Made by a program: the position numbers and the translations under genes | Notes under the pieces: model-generated | Told to the model about the DNA's origin: nothing | What the model saw: the letters and a program-made list of their open reading frames with translations, nothing else | Database searches by the model: none | Source: an uncultured bacterium | Lineage (GTDB): Bacteria > Methylomirabilota > Methylomirabilia > Methylomirabilales > 2-02-FULL-66-22 | DNA length: 64,000 nt | Direction of reading: 5' to 3' | Assembly (NCBI GenBank): GCA_964576535.1 | Contig: CAZNWB010000002.1 | Location: forward strand, 28,470 to 92,469 | Part shown: piece after piece, positions 1 to 9,004 of the stretch | Position numbering within the stretch: the first letter of the stretch is position 1 | Layout of the letters: each line of letters begins with the position of its first letter

Positions 1-1
1 A

Positions 2-685
2 GGGATCACGACGATGGGTGGGGGAATTCTCGTTACCCATAGGGACGATCTGGCTCGGAGCATCGAGCAGGAGGTACGCAAGCTGCGCCGTCCTTCAGCG
101 CGGGAGGTCTGCACCGCCGTCGTCGGTTCCCTGGTCTATTCCGGCATGCTTCGGCCCTCGCGATACTGGATCGCCGATTGTCTTCCCTTCCTGGAGCTCG
201 GCGCCTCTCGGTTCGAGCCGGGTTTCCCGATAGTCAAACTGTCGGCATACCAGATGCGGCTCGCAACGCGGCTTCTTCCCCTCCTCGACTCGTACAACCG
301 GATTCGACGAGACCACGCGGATCAGTTGCGGTCTGGAATCGAGGGAGTTGAGGGGATTGAGATTCCTCGACCTGTCGAAGGAGCGAATCCGGTCTATCTC
401 CGCTTCCCTATCCTCACTCAGGATGAGGCTCACCGTTCATATCTGCTGGGACGCCTCAGGGAGGCCGGGATCAGTGCAAGCCCTTCCTATCCCACTCCCA
501 TCGGAGATATCCCGGGGATCACACGGTATCTGGCGCCCAATCAGGAGCCCTGCCCGGGGGCCCAGTCGATCGCAACACGGATTCTCACGCTGCCCACCCA
601 CCCTTGGGTTACGTCTCGCGACATTGATCGGATCGTGACGATTATCCGAAACAGTCATGGCAGCGCCGGCAAAGCGTTTCGTTAA
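2..685 (+). CDS. DegT/DnrJ/EryC1/StrS-family PLP sugar aminotransferase, C-terminal part (5' end outside window)
   Basis: Frame is open to the window edge. 'GGGILVT', 'YNRIRRDHADQL', 'PVYLRFPIL' and 'ATRILTLPTHPWVT' resemble the C-terminal half of this family. Confidence 0.7.
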   Translation, partial: GITTMGGGILVTHRDDLARSIEQEVRKLRRPSAREVCTAVVGSLVYSGMLRPSRYWIADCLPFLELGASRFEPGFPIVKLSAYQMRLATRLLPLLDSYNRIRRDHADQLRSGIEGVEGIEIPRPVEGANPVYLRFPILTQDEAHRSYLLGRLREAGISASPSYPTPIGDIPGITRYLAPNQEPCPGAQSIATRILTLPTHPWVTSRDIDRIVTIIRNSHGSAGKAFR

Positions 686-1742
686 GGTCCTTCTAGGACA
701 AGCCCTGGTTCAAACGGGGCTCTGGGAGCGGATTCTGCGGATGTGGGCCCAACGCCCCACCACGATTATCCTCGCCTATCACCGTGTGATTGAAAAGTGG
801 GACGAGACGCTGGACTACTCGCAGCCGGGCATGGTAGTGACGCGCCCGACCTTCGACCGTCAGCTCGCTTTTTTGAAGGAGCAGTTCGATATCGTCCCCC
901 TTGCCAGCCTGCTCGCGGACGAAAACACCGACTGGCCGGTTGATCGGCCCCGCTGCGTCATCACCTTTGACGATGGTTGGCGCGACAATTACGACTTGGC
1001 CTTTCCGATCCTTCGCAAACACGACATTCCCGCAACTGTCTTCCTGACGACAGATTTCATCGGAACCGACCGTGCGTTCTGGCACACCGAGCTCATCCAT
1101 TTGCTCATCCATGCGGAATTGTCACGGTTACTTGGACACGAAACCGAGTTGAGAGCTTACCCAGGTCCTGTGCGTCACCATCTCAAGCGGCTCGCGAGAC
1201 TTGAACGAGTTTCAGCTGAGCGTGACGTTGATCCTATCATAGAGACAGTCAAAGCGATGTGTGACGAAGGTGCCGTCGAGGAACTGATCCACACGCTCAT
1301 CCAGGCAGTGGGCCTTTCCAGGCCCCTCTTCCCGGAACGAAAGTTCTTTCTGGATTGGCATCAGGTTCGCGAGATGGCCGCCGCCGGGATCGAGATCGGA
1401 TCTCATGGCTGCTCGCACCGCATATTTACCCGGCTGCCCCCAGAGGAAGTGAAACAGGAATTGGTTCGGTCCAAGGCCGAAATCGAACACCGCGTCGGTC
1501 GCATCGTTGAGCACTTCGCGTTTCCGAACGAGGCTGCCAATGGAACCCTCCTGACGGCGGCGGCGGCTGCGGGATATCGAACCGCGTCTCTCGGCGGACC
1601 CGGAGCCATAGAAGGCGAGTTCGGGATCCGCGTGCTGCGACGATTCGGCATGCACGAGGGAGTCTCCGGTGGCTGGCCATCGTTTGACGAAGCGTTGCTC
1701 CATTTTGCGCTGTTCCGTGCACCGAAAGGCAGGCCAGCGTGA
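657..1742 (+). CDS. Polysaccharide deacetylase (NodB homology / CE4 domain)
   Basis: 'CVITFDDGWRDNYDLAFPILRKHDIPATVFLTTDFIG' and 'IGSHGCSHR' are NodB-type motifs. The 361-aa ORF overlaps the upstream gene. Confidence 0.85.
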   Translation: MAAPAKRFVKVLLGQALVQTGLWERILRMWAQRPTTIILAYHRVIEKWDETLDYSQPGMVVTRPTFDRQLAFLKEQFDIVPLASLLADENTDWPVDRPRCVITFDDGWRDNYDLAFPILRKHDIPATVFLTTDFIGTDRAFWHTELIHLLIHAELSRLLGHETELRAYPGPVRHHLKRLARLERVSAERDVDPIIETVKAMCDEGAVEELIHTLIQAVGLSRPLFPERKFFLDWHQVREMAAAGIEIGSHGCSHRIFTRLPPEEVKQELVRSKAEIEHRVGRIVEHFAFPNEAANGTLLTAAAAAGYRTASLGGPGAIEGEFGIRVLRRFGMHEGVSGGWPSFDEALLHFALFRAPKGRPA

Positions 1743-2950
1743 GTGCCCTCGTGACCCCCGGGAATCTGCGGAGTGCCCTGGCGGTGACGCGAAGTCTGGG
1801 TCGGCGAGGTATCACCGTTGCGGTTGCCGATGAGGGTCTCCGGAGTATGGCGGCGGCCTCGCGATATTGCCACGCTTCGATTCGCGTTCCGTCACCCGCG
1901 CGATCCGGAGAAGCCTTCGTACGCGCCATTCGCCAGGAGATCGGCCGAGGCGGACACCGTGTTCTCATTCCGACTGACGATGTCACCCTCTCGCTCATCT
2001 CGCAGGCCCGGTCGCACTTTGAAGGACTCGCAGTGCTTCCCTTTCCGGAGTTTGAGACTGTTCAGATCGCCCATGACAAAGGCGCCTTGGTGTCGCTGGC
2101 AGAGGAAAAGGGGATCCCCATTCCGAAGACGGTCGTTGTCCGCGAGCCAGACGACCTCAGGAGCGCGATCCGGCACGTCGGCCTTCCTGCCGTGGTCAAG
2201 GCACGCTTCTCAAGGTTTCCCCTTGGGGGTCAATGGAGGAACGGCGGCGGCGTCCATTATGTTCACACCGCGGCAGAGCTTGACAAAGCGTATCGGGCAG
2301 TCCGGGAGTTAGTTCCCCTTCCCCTGGTCCAAGAATACATTCCGGGTGATGGCCGCGGCGTCTTTGTCCTTATGAACCGGGGGCAACTCCGTGCGGCCTT
2401 CGCTCATCGGCGAATTCGCGAGAAGCCCCCTGGTGGCGGAGTCTCCGTTCTTTCCGAAAGCGTCGTCTTGGACTCACAGTTGCTGGAGCACTCTGAACGA
2501 ATCCTCGAATTCCTGAAGTGGCACGGTGTCGCGATGGTGGAATTCAGGCGAGACGCACGGGATGGGGTCTCCAAACTGCTCGAGATCAATGGGCGCTTTT
2601 GGGGCTCCCTGCAACTTGCCGTGGATGCAGGAGTCGATTTCCCTTACTTGCTCTACCGGTTGGCTGTAGACGGCGATGTTGAGCCAGTGTTCACGTACGA
2701 AGTGGGGATGCGCCTCCGCTGGTGGCTTGGCGACCTGGACTGGCTCTTTTTACGGCTCCGGGAGCGAGGCGGCGTCGCGGCGCAGCTTGGAGCAATCCTG
2801 GAGTTTCTGAAACCAACGGGCAAGATGACGAAGGCTGAAGTCTTTCGCCGTGACGACCCGGCACCGGCCCTCGTGGAACTTTCGCAGTATCTGCGACAGG
2901 CGCTCCGCGGCTTGGTCAGACGACTCGATCGCAGCGGTCGCCAGGAATGA
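1739..2950 (+). CDS. ATP-grasp domain carboxylate-amine ligase
   Basis: GTGA overlap with the preceding stop. 'AVVKARFS', 'LVQEYIPGDGRGVFVLM', 'HGVAMVEFRRD...KLLEINGRFWGSLQLAVDAGVDFP' are typical of the ATP-grasp fold. Confidence 0.75.
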   Translation: MSALVTPGNLRSALAVTRSLGRRGITVAVADEGLRSMAAASRYCHASIRVPSPARSGEAFVRAIRQEIGRGGHRVLIPTDDVTLSLISQARSHFEGLAVLPFPEFETVQIAHDKGALVSLAEEKGIPIPKTVVVREPDDLRSAIRHVGLPAVVKARFSRFPLGGQWRNGGGVHYVHTAAELDKAYRAVRELVPLPLVQEYIPGDGRGVFVLMNRGQLRAAFAHRRIREKPPGGGVSVLSESVVLDSQLLEHSERILEFLKWHGVAMVEFRRDARDGVSKLLEINGRFWGSLQLAVDAGVDFPYLLYRLAVDGDVEPVFTYEVGMRLRWWLGDLDWLFLRLRERGGVAAQLGAILEFLKPTGKMTKAEVFRRDDPAPALVELSQYLRQALRGLVRRLDRSGRQE

Positions 2951-4044
2951 AAACCATACTCCATGTCATTGAAACGGGTGGGCCGGGAGGAGCGGAGCGA
3001 ATGCTGGTGCACTTAGCGTCTGGGCTTGGTCCGGAGTACCGCTCCGAGGCAGCGTTGATCCGGGATAGCTGGCTTGGCAAGACCCTGCGAGGGCGAGGAG
3101 TTCCAGTCACCATGCTCCAACGCGGCGCTCGCGGCTTTGCCGCCACGCTCTGGGATCTAGTAAGGCTCATTCGGCTTCGGGGAGTGGCAATCCTTCACGC
3201 CCACGAATTCTTCATGAACACCCTGGGGCTTATGGCGTCGCGGCTGACGGGAGTTCCACTCGTAGCAACGGTCCACGGGAAGAATTACTACGCCGATCGA
3301 CTCAGACGACGCATTGCATACCGGCTGGTTGGAAGATTTGCCGGGCGGATGGTTACCGTCTCGGAAGATAACAAGCGCTTCTTGGCGGAGCGGATCGGGA
3401 TTCCTCGCAGTCGCGTGCAAGTGATTCCCAATGGGGTGCCCCTCGATCAGAACGCGTCGGAAGCAGGAATTTCCGCACTTCGAAAGGCTCTGGGGCTCAA
3501 TCACCACAACGAGATTGTTGGCACAGTAGGCAGTCTCTATCCCGTAAAAGGACATAAATATTTGATCGATGCGGCACGTGCGGTCCTCCGTCGATTCCAG
3601 GAAGCGGTCTTCCTGATTGTAGGGCGGGGGGGACTCCTTGAGGAACTAGAAGCCCAAGCCGACCAACTAGGGATTGCTTCCCATCTGCGCTTCCTGGGTC
3701 ACCGTGAGGATGTGCGGGACCTCCTGTCGGTCTGTGACGTTTTCGTCCTTCCGTCTCTGTCTGAAGGTCTGCCCCTCGCGTTACTCGAGGCGATGGCGGC
3801 CGGTGTGCCCGCCGTTGCCACGCGGGTCGGCGGTGTAGGCGAGGTCCTCGAAGACAGGAAGACCGGGCTGCTCGTTCCGCCGGGCGATAGCCGTGCCCTG
3901 GCCCAGGGCATCATGACCCTTTTGGAAGACCGGTCTCTTGCCAGGGAGCTCGCAGACGCCGCCCGAGGAATGGTGGCGAGCCGGTTCTCGTTGACTGGAA
4001 TGGTGCACGCCTACCAAGACCTTTACTCGGAGTTAATCCGGTAA
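2947..4044 (+). CDS. Glycosyltransferase family 4 (GT-B, group 1)
   Basis: ATGA start overlap. 'GGPGGAERMLVHLA' lies at the N-terminus. C-terminal 'LPSLSEGLPLALLEAMAAGVPAVATRVGGVGEVLEDRKTGLLVPPGD' is an EX7E-type motif. Confidence 0.85.
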   Translation: MKTILHVIETGGPGGAERMLVHLASGLGPEYRSEAALIRDSWLGKTLRGRGVPVTMLQRGARGFAATLWDLVRLIRLRGVAILHAHEFFMNTLGLMASRLTGVPLVATVHGKNYYADRLRRRIAYRLVGRFAGRMVTVSEDNKRFLAERIGIPRSRVQVIPNGVPLDQNASEAGISALRKALGLNHHNEIVGTVGSLYPVKGHKYLIDAARAVLRRFQEAVFLIVGRGGLLEELEAQADQLGIASHLRFLGHREDVRDLLSVCDVFVLPSLSEGLPLALLEAMAAGVPAVATRVGGVGEVLEDRKTGLLVPPGDSRALAQGIMTLLEDRSLARELADAARGMVASRFSLTGMVHAYQDLYSELIR

Positions 4045-4051
4045 GCCACGC

Positions 4052-5221
4052 GTGAAGATCCTCTTCTTTGTCTCGATGTTCCTGGTTGTTTATACCTATC
4101 TCGGCTATCCGCTCGTCCTCTGGGCCCTCACGAGACTCCGGCCGCGGGCCGTACTAAGGAAAAGGATTTCCCCTAACGTCTCGATCATCATCACGGCCAG
4201 GAACGAGGCAGACAAGATCCGGCAAAAGATCGAAAACACCCTCGCCCTGACTTATCCCAAAGAGCGACTCGAAGTCCTCGTGGCCTCCGATGCCTCAGAC
4301 GATGGCACTGACGAGATCGTGGAGGAATACGCTATACGCGGGGTCCGACTCGTGAGGGCGCCTCAGCGCAGGGGGAAGGAGTACGTACAGGAGCTTGCTG
4401 TGGCCGTGGCAACGGGGGATGTCCTCGTCTTTACGGATGCCGCGACAATCCTAGAGCCCGATGCCCTGGGGAGACTGATGCAGAATTTCTCCGATCCAAC
4501 CATCGGGGCGGTCAGCACCGAAGATGTCCTCGTGGATGCAACGGGGAACCCGACGGCCGAGGGACTCTACGTGAAGTACGAGATGTGGGTGCGCCGCCTT
4601 GAAAGCTATTTCCACTCTCTCGTCGGGTTGAGTGGATCCTGTTTTGCGATTCGCAAGGAGCTTTGCGCGGATTGGTCATCCACTCTCGCAAGCGATTTCA
4701 TGGGAGCCCTCCGCGCGGCTCGCAGAGGCTACCGGGCCATCGCGGACCCGTCGGCGCGAGGCAGGTTTGTCGCCGTCATGTCGGCTCAGGCTGAAATGCA
4801 CAGGAAGATCCGGACTTTTCTCCGAGGGATCACTGTCCTCGTGGCCAATCTGGATCTATTGAATCCCTTCCGCTACGGCCGATTTGCCTTCCAACTGGCG
4901 AGCCATAAACTCTTGAGGTTTGTTGCCCCATTCCTGTTACTGACAGCCTTGACGACTAGCGGTCTTCGTAGAAGCGATCCCATGTTCTACCTTCTCTTTT
5001 GGATGCAGGCCGGCTTCTATCTCCTGGGGTGCGCAGGCGGAGTCCTCCATCCCCTCCAGCGATACCGGTTTGTCCGGGTGGTCTACTATTTCACGATGGT
5101 TCAGTGGGCCATGTTGATGGGATGGGGGAAATACGCGTTGGGCCAGCAACAAGTCACTTGGGAGCCGTCGAAACGGCAGGGAATCACAGCAAGCGATTAT
5201 GCGTCAACCCAGCAACACTGA
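4052..5221 (+). CDS. Glycosyltransferase family 2 with C-terminal membrane helices
   Basis: 'VSIIITARNEADKI' and 'VASDASDDGTDEIV' (GT2 DxD region). N-terminal and C-terminal segments are hydrophobic. Confidence 0.8.
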   Translation: MKILFFVSMFLVVYTYLGYPLVLWALTRLRPRAVLRKRISPNVSIIITARNEADKIRQKIENTLALTYPKERLEVLVASDASDDGTDEIVEEYAIRGVRLVRAPQRRGKEYVQELAVAVATGDVLVFTDAATILEPDALGRLMQNFSDPTIGAVSTEDVLVDATGNPTAEGLYVKYEMWVRRLESYFHSLVGLSGSCFAIRKELCADWSSTLASDFMGALRAARRGYRAIADPSARGRFVAVMSAQAEMHRKIRTFLRGITVLVANLDLLNPFRYGRFAFQLASHKLLRFVAPFLLLTALTTSGLRRSDPMFYLLFWMQAGFYLLGCAGGVLHPLQRYRFVRVVYYFTMVQWAMLMGWGKYALGQQQVTWEPSKRQGITASDYASTQQH

Positions 5222-5405
5222 TAATGTCATCTTCGCTGAATCCTCGCATAAGTCGACAATCCTTTCATGGCCTTTTCGAGAAAAGTGCCTGAATTCCTCT
5301 TGATCCAGCCACCGCACTAATGCCAGATCGGATGCAAATGGTCGCTGCTCATGGTGGGACAGAGGCGCGTCGCCCTATGCTGGACTTCCGTGAGGTTGTC
5401 GTCGC

Positions 5406-6512
5406 GTGAGTATGGGACGCTTCATCCCTAGCGGTGGCACCGCGGGGAAGATCCTGTTGGTTATTACCGCGCTCGGGCTGACCTTTGCCGTCGCGGAGAT
5501 CGGCTATCGCCTCCTCGATCCCTATCCCTACATTTCGCCTGAGGAAATCCATAGCACGAGGCATGCCAACCTCTGGCAACATGACCCAATACTGGGGTGG
5601 AAGGGAGTGCCAGGGGCCCGTGAGCTATTCGCTACCCCAAATGCCAAAGTCTAGGTGCAGCATAACCGACTGGGCCATAGGGACATCGAGCCGGAGCGAC
5701 GATCTGCCGGGAAACCGGCTGTTGTGTTCCTCGGGGATTCGTTCACCTGGGGCTACGAGGTGACTTTGGAGGAGATGTTCGTGAATCGTCTGCGGGGAAG
5801 GATCAGCACGCTTGCGCTGTTCAACCTGGCTCACCCTGGGTATGGGACAGACCAGTCCCTTCTTACGTTTCGACACTGGCGCGACGAGCGGCCGCTCCGG
5901 CTGGTCGTCCTGATGTTCGGCGAAAACGACCACCTCGACAACAACAACCACATCCGCTATGGGAGGCCTAAGCCAAAATTTGAGATCGTCGACCACAGAC
6001 TGGTACTGGGCAATGTGCCTGTGCCTTTCAGTCGAGAGTTTTGGAAGGCTCCCCACGTGTCGACCAGTTCCTTGATGCAGCAGCTGACATATGTCGCCTA
6101 GCAGTCCCATGCCGTCCGTGATATCTGGTTCCGGATCCGCAACCACCTTGAGCGAGGGGAGCGAGTGGAGGACGGAACATTGGAGGGAGGATGGAAAGCG
6201 AGTGACTTCATGTTGACGAAGCGGATCATCGAGGATCTGCTGTCAGATGTGGCGAAGCGGGACGGGCAGCTGCTCGTCGTCGCAATCCCGTCGAAGGTGG
6301 AACTGGTGGCGGCGAAAGGGTACGTGCCCTATCAGGAGGCCGTGCAGTGCATCTGTGCAGAACTCGGCATCGAGTACCTGGATCTCGCGCCGTACTTCAA
6401 GCAGTCGTGGCTGCGCACGGCCTTCCGGTGGGGGATACACTGGAACCGCAACGGTCATGCGGTTGCGGCTGAGGCGCTCTACGGCCACCTCAAGAACCGG
6501 GGTCACATCTAA
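5406..6512 (+). pseudogene. Membrane-anchored SGNH/GDSL hydrolase interrupted by two in-frame TAG codons
   Basis: ORFs 5406-5654, 5655-6101 and 6165-6512 share one frame (all starts are 0 mod 3). They are separated only by TAG at 5652-5654 and 6099-6101. 'VVFLGDSFTWGYEV' (block I), 'HPGYGTDQ' (block II) and 'IHWNRNGHAVAAEAL' (block V-like) are spread across the pieces. Confidence 0.6.
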
Positions 6513-6526
6513 TAGGTACTGGCGCC

Positions 6527-7711
6527 GTGACGGGCCACCGAGTGTCCCATCGCTTGGGGATCCATCCAACTTCCTCGTTGTTCATCCTTCAATTCGGGTC
6601 CAACGTCGGCTACGCGATCGCGCCGCTCGAAACCTTATTCTACGAGGTGGGGCTTGAGATCGGAGGCGGCGATCCGCATCGGGTCCACTTCAGCTATCCC
6701 AGTCTCAAAAGGGGTCCCCCCCGCTCGTTGCCACAAGACTTTACGAACGTGATCATCTTCGACTTCTTGGACACCGCTCCACCCAACCTCCAGCGTCTTG
6801 GGGCCTACGTTGAGGACCACAGCATTCGTCTCGTAGTGATTTTCGACATTCAGCCTGTCCATCTTCTGCACCGGGCACTCCGGAAAGCAGGAGCGACGAC
6901 CATCCTGGGGTATTATGGGGCGCCAATTTCCTCGCTCATGCCTCTATGGAAGCTCCCCCTGAAAAGGCTACAGGTAGCGATGTCAAGCTCAAAGGTCGAC
7001 GGCCTGATCTTCGAATCGCACGCAATGGCGGACTTCGCGGTGTATGGTCGGGGCGTGCCAAAGCGCATGATCGATATCGTACCTCTCGGGGTGGACATCG
7101 GCCATTTCAGACACGAGCGCACTGACTATGCCTATCGAACACTCTCAATCCCCAGTAACCGGAAGATCGTAGTCTACGCGGGCCACATGGAACGGCGGAA
7201 AGGCGTTCACACCCTTGTTGAAGCGGCAATCGAACTTCTGGCCAAGCGTGGGCGCTCCGATGTCTGCTTCCTGATCTGTGGCAACACCGGAAATCAGAGT
7301 GAAGAATACGAGCGGATGTACGCTGGCCTCGGCATTGCGGATTGGATCCGTTTTGGCGGGTACCGTGAGGATATGGCACGACTCTATACGAGCTGCTTCT
7401 GCGGAGTCATCCCGTCGACAGGGTGGGACTCATTCCCACGCACGAGCATTGAGATGGCGGCGGCCGGGCTGCCTGTCGTCGCCTCGCGCTTGGATGGGTT
7501 ACCGGAGGCAGTGTTGCATGGTCAGACAGGAGTGCTCTTCGACCCAGGGAACGCGCAGGCGCTAGCGGATTGCCTCGAGGCACTCCTGGACCGGCCCGAC
7601 GTGGCTGCCGAGTATGGTCGGCGAGGCCGGGAACGGTGCGAACGCGAGCTGAACCTTGAAGTGCAGCGTGAACGTTTCCTCGCCGTGGTGCGTAAGCATA
7701 CGGCTAGTTAG
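6527..7711 (+). CDS. Glycosyltransferase family 4
   Basis: 'VVYAGHMERRKGVHTLVEAAIELL' and 'PSTGWDSFPRTSIEMAAAGLPVVASRLDGLPEAVLHGQTGVLFDPGN'. The GTG start is uncertain. Confidence 0.8.
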   Translation: MTGHRVSHRLGIHPTSSLFILQFGSNVGYAIAPLETLFYEVGLEIGGGDPHRVHFSYPSLKRGPPRSLPQDFTNVIIFDFLDTAPPNLQRLGAYVEDHSIRLVVIFDIQPVHLLHRALRKAGATTILGYYGAPISSLMPLWKLPLKRLQVAMSSSKVDGLIFESHAMADFAVYGRGVPKRMIDIVPLGVDIGHFRHERTDYAYRTLSIPSNRKIVVYAGHMERRKGVHTLVEAAIELLAKRGRSDVCFLICGNTGNQSEEYERMYAGLGIADWIRFGGYREDMARLYTSCFCGVIPSTGWDSFPRTSIEMAAAGLPVVASRLDGLPEAVLHGQTGVLFDPGNAQALADCLEALLDRPDVAAEYGRRGRERCERELNLEVQRERFLAVVRKHTAS

Positions 7712-7906
7712 TCTATGGGACGGGGACCCGCATCGCCAACACACCGCTTCTGCAGCTAGCGGAATGACGAAACATCCCGACATCCGTACGGTGCCACCCA
7801 CCCTCGACGTCTTTCATCCCATTGCTATTACTGAGCGCCCTGACGGCGATCCGTCCCACAACAAGCGATCACGTCTCAACCAAGCGATAGGCGCTTCATC
7901 GAGTCA

Positions 7907-8944
7907 ATGCTGAAAAAAGCGGCGTTCGCGATTATGAGCGTCACGGTCGCCATTGTGGCCGTGGAGGTTGCACTCGAATTGAGTGGGTGGTTTCCGACAA
8001 CCGAGCTCCACAGCGTTTCAGCAAGGGATTACGAAAGGATCCCAGGCATGTGGGATCCCAATCAAGATGTGAGAAGGCGAGCCTTTCCCCTTCCTCCATA
8101 CCGGGTCAGAACCAACTCCCTCGGTCTCCGTGGGCCGGAGACGACCCTCAAGCCACAGCGTCCACGTCTTTTGTGTATCGGCGACTCCTTCACATTCGGG
8201 GATTTCGTCGAAGACGACGAGTCCCTCCCCGCACAGCTGCAGCTAAATCTCGACCCAGGCTCGGAAGTGTTGAACGGTGGCGTCGGTGGGACGACGATCG
8301 TAGACCAGCGTGTCTTTCTCGAGAGGATGCTTTTTCTGGAACCGCGGGTCGTGCTCATCATATCCTCGGAAAACGATCTGGAGGATCTCCTTAGCGATCC
8401 GCCCCTCCACGTCTTGATGGCTCGGAACCGGACCCTCAAGAGCGGCAGACTCGCGCCCCTCTTTCTGGCCTTCCGGGACACCGCGCTGTTCAACCTCTCG
8501 CTCCGGGCCAAGTCGGCTACGCGTGCATGGAAAACCCGGTCGGCTGCGCAAGCGCGCGAGCAAGTGCCAGAACGCTTTGAAGAACTTGTGACCCGTTACG
8601 CCAAAGCGGCAAGCGAGATGCGTGACATGCTTCGTACGAGACACATTGAGTTGGTGTTCGCCGCCTTCCCAAGCTGGTTCAGGCTGAGCGGCAATCAAGC
8701 CCCGCGCGAGACCATCGGTCCTGTCCTCCGCGCCCTTCGTGCTGAGGGGATCGACGGAATCGATCTAACTCCCGCCCTTCGCGCCGCGGGACTCTCAGTA
8801 ACAGAGCTCTACCTACTCCCCCATGACGGGCATCCGTCGCCCAGAGCTTACGCCATCGTGGCAAAGGCGATCGCGCCGCGGCTACGTGCCGCCCTCGATC
8901 GCCCGGTCAAGTCCTCCCGAGGCCTGGCAGGTCATCGCGGGTAA
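7907..8944 (+). CDS. Membrane-anchored SGNH/GDSL hydrolase-type esterase or acyltransferase
   Basis: N-terminal hydrophobic helix. 'LLCIGDSFTFGDFV', 'NGGVGGTT' and 'LPHDGHPSPRAYAIVA' are SGNH blocks I, II and V. Confidence 0.7.
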   Translation: MLKKAAFAIMSVTVAIVAVEVALELSGWFPTTELHSVSARDYERIPGMWDPNQDVRRRAFPLPPYRVRTNSLGLRGPETTLKPQRPRLLCIGDSFTFGDFVEDDESLPAQLQLNLDPGSEVLNGGVGGTTIVDQRVFLERMLFLEPRVVLIISSENDLEDLLSDPPLHVLMARNRTLKSGRLAPLFLAFRDTALFNLSLRAKSATRAWKTRSAAQAREQVPERFEELVTRYAKAASEMRDMLRTRHIELVFAAFPSWFRLSGNQAPRETIGPVLRALRAEGIDGIDLTPALRAAGLSVTELYLLPHDGHPSPRAYAIVAKAIAPRLRAALDRPVKSSRGLAGHRG

Positions 8945-9004
8945 TTGGGACTTCTCAATGAGACGTAAATGTGGCAGGCCAGCGCAGCGCACGAGGAGCT
9001 AGCC

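Noticed and set aside
5652-6101. The two in-frame TAG codons read as genetic-code reassignment or pyrrolysine
   Set aside because: TAG clearly terminates other well-defined genes in the window (for example at 7709-7711, 12561-12563 and 23206-23208), and no pyl-type genes are seen. A nonsense-mutated paralogue is more parsimonious, but it is still flagged as a finding for verification.
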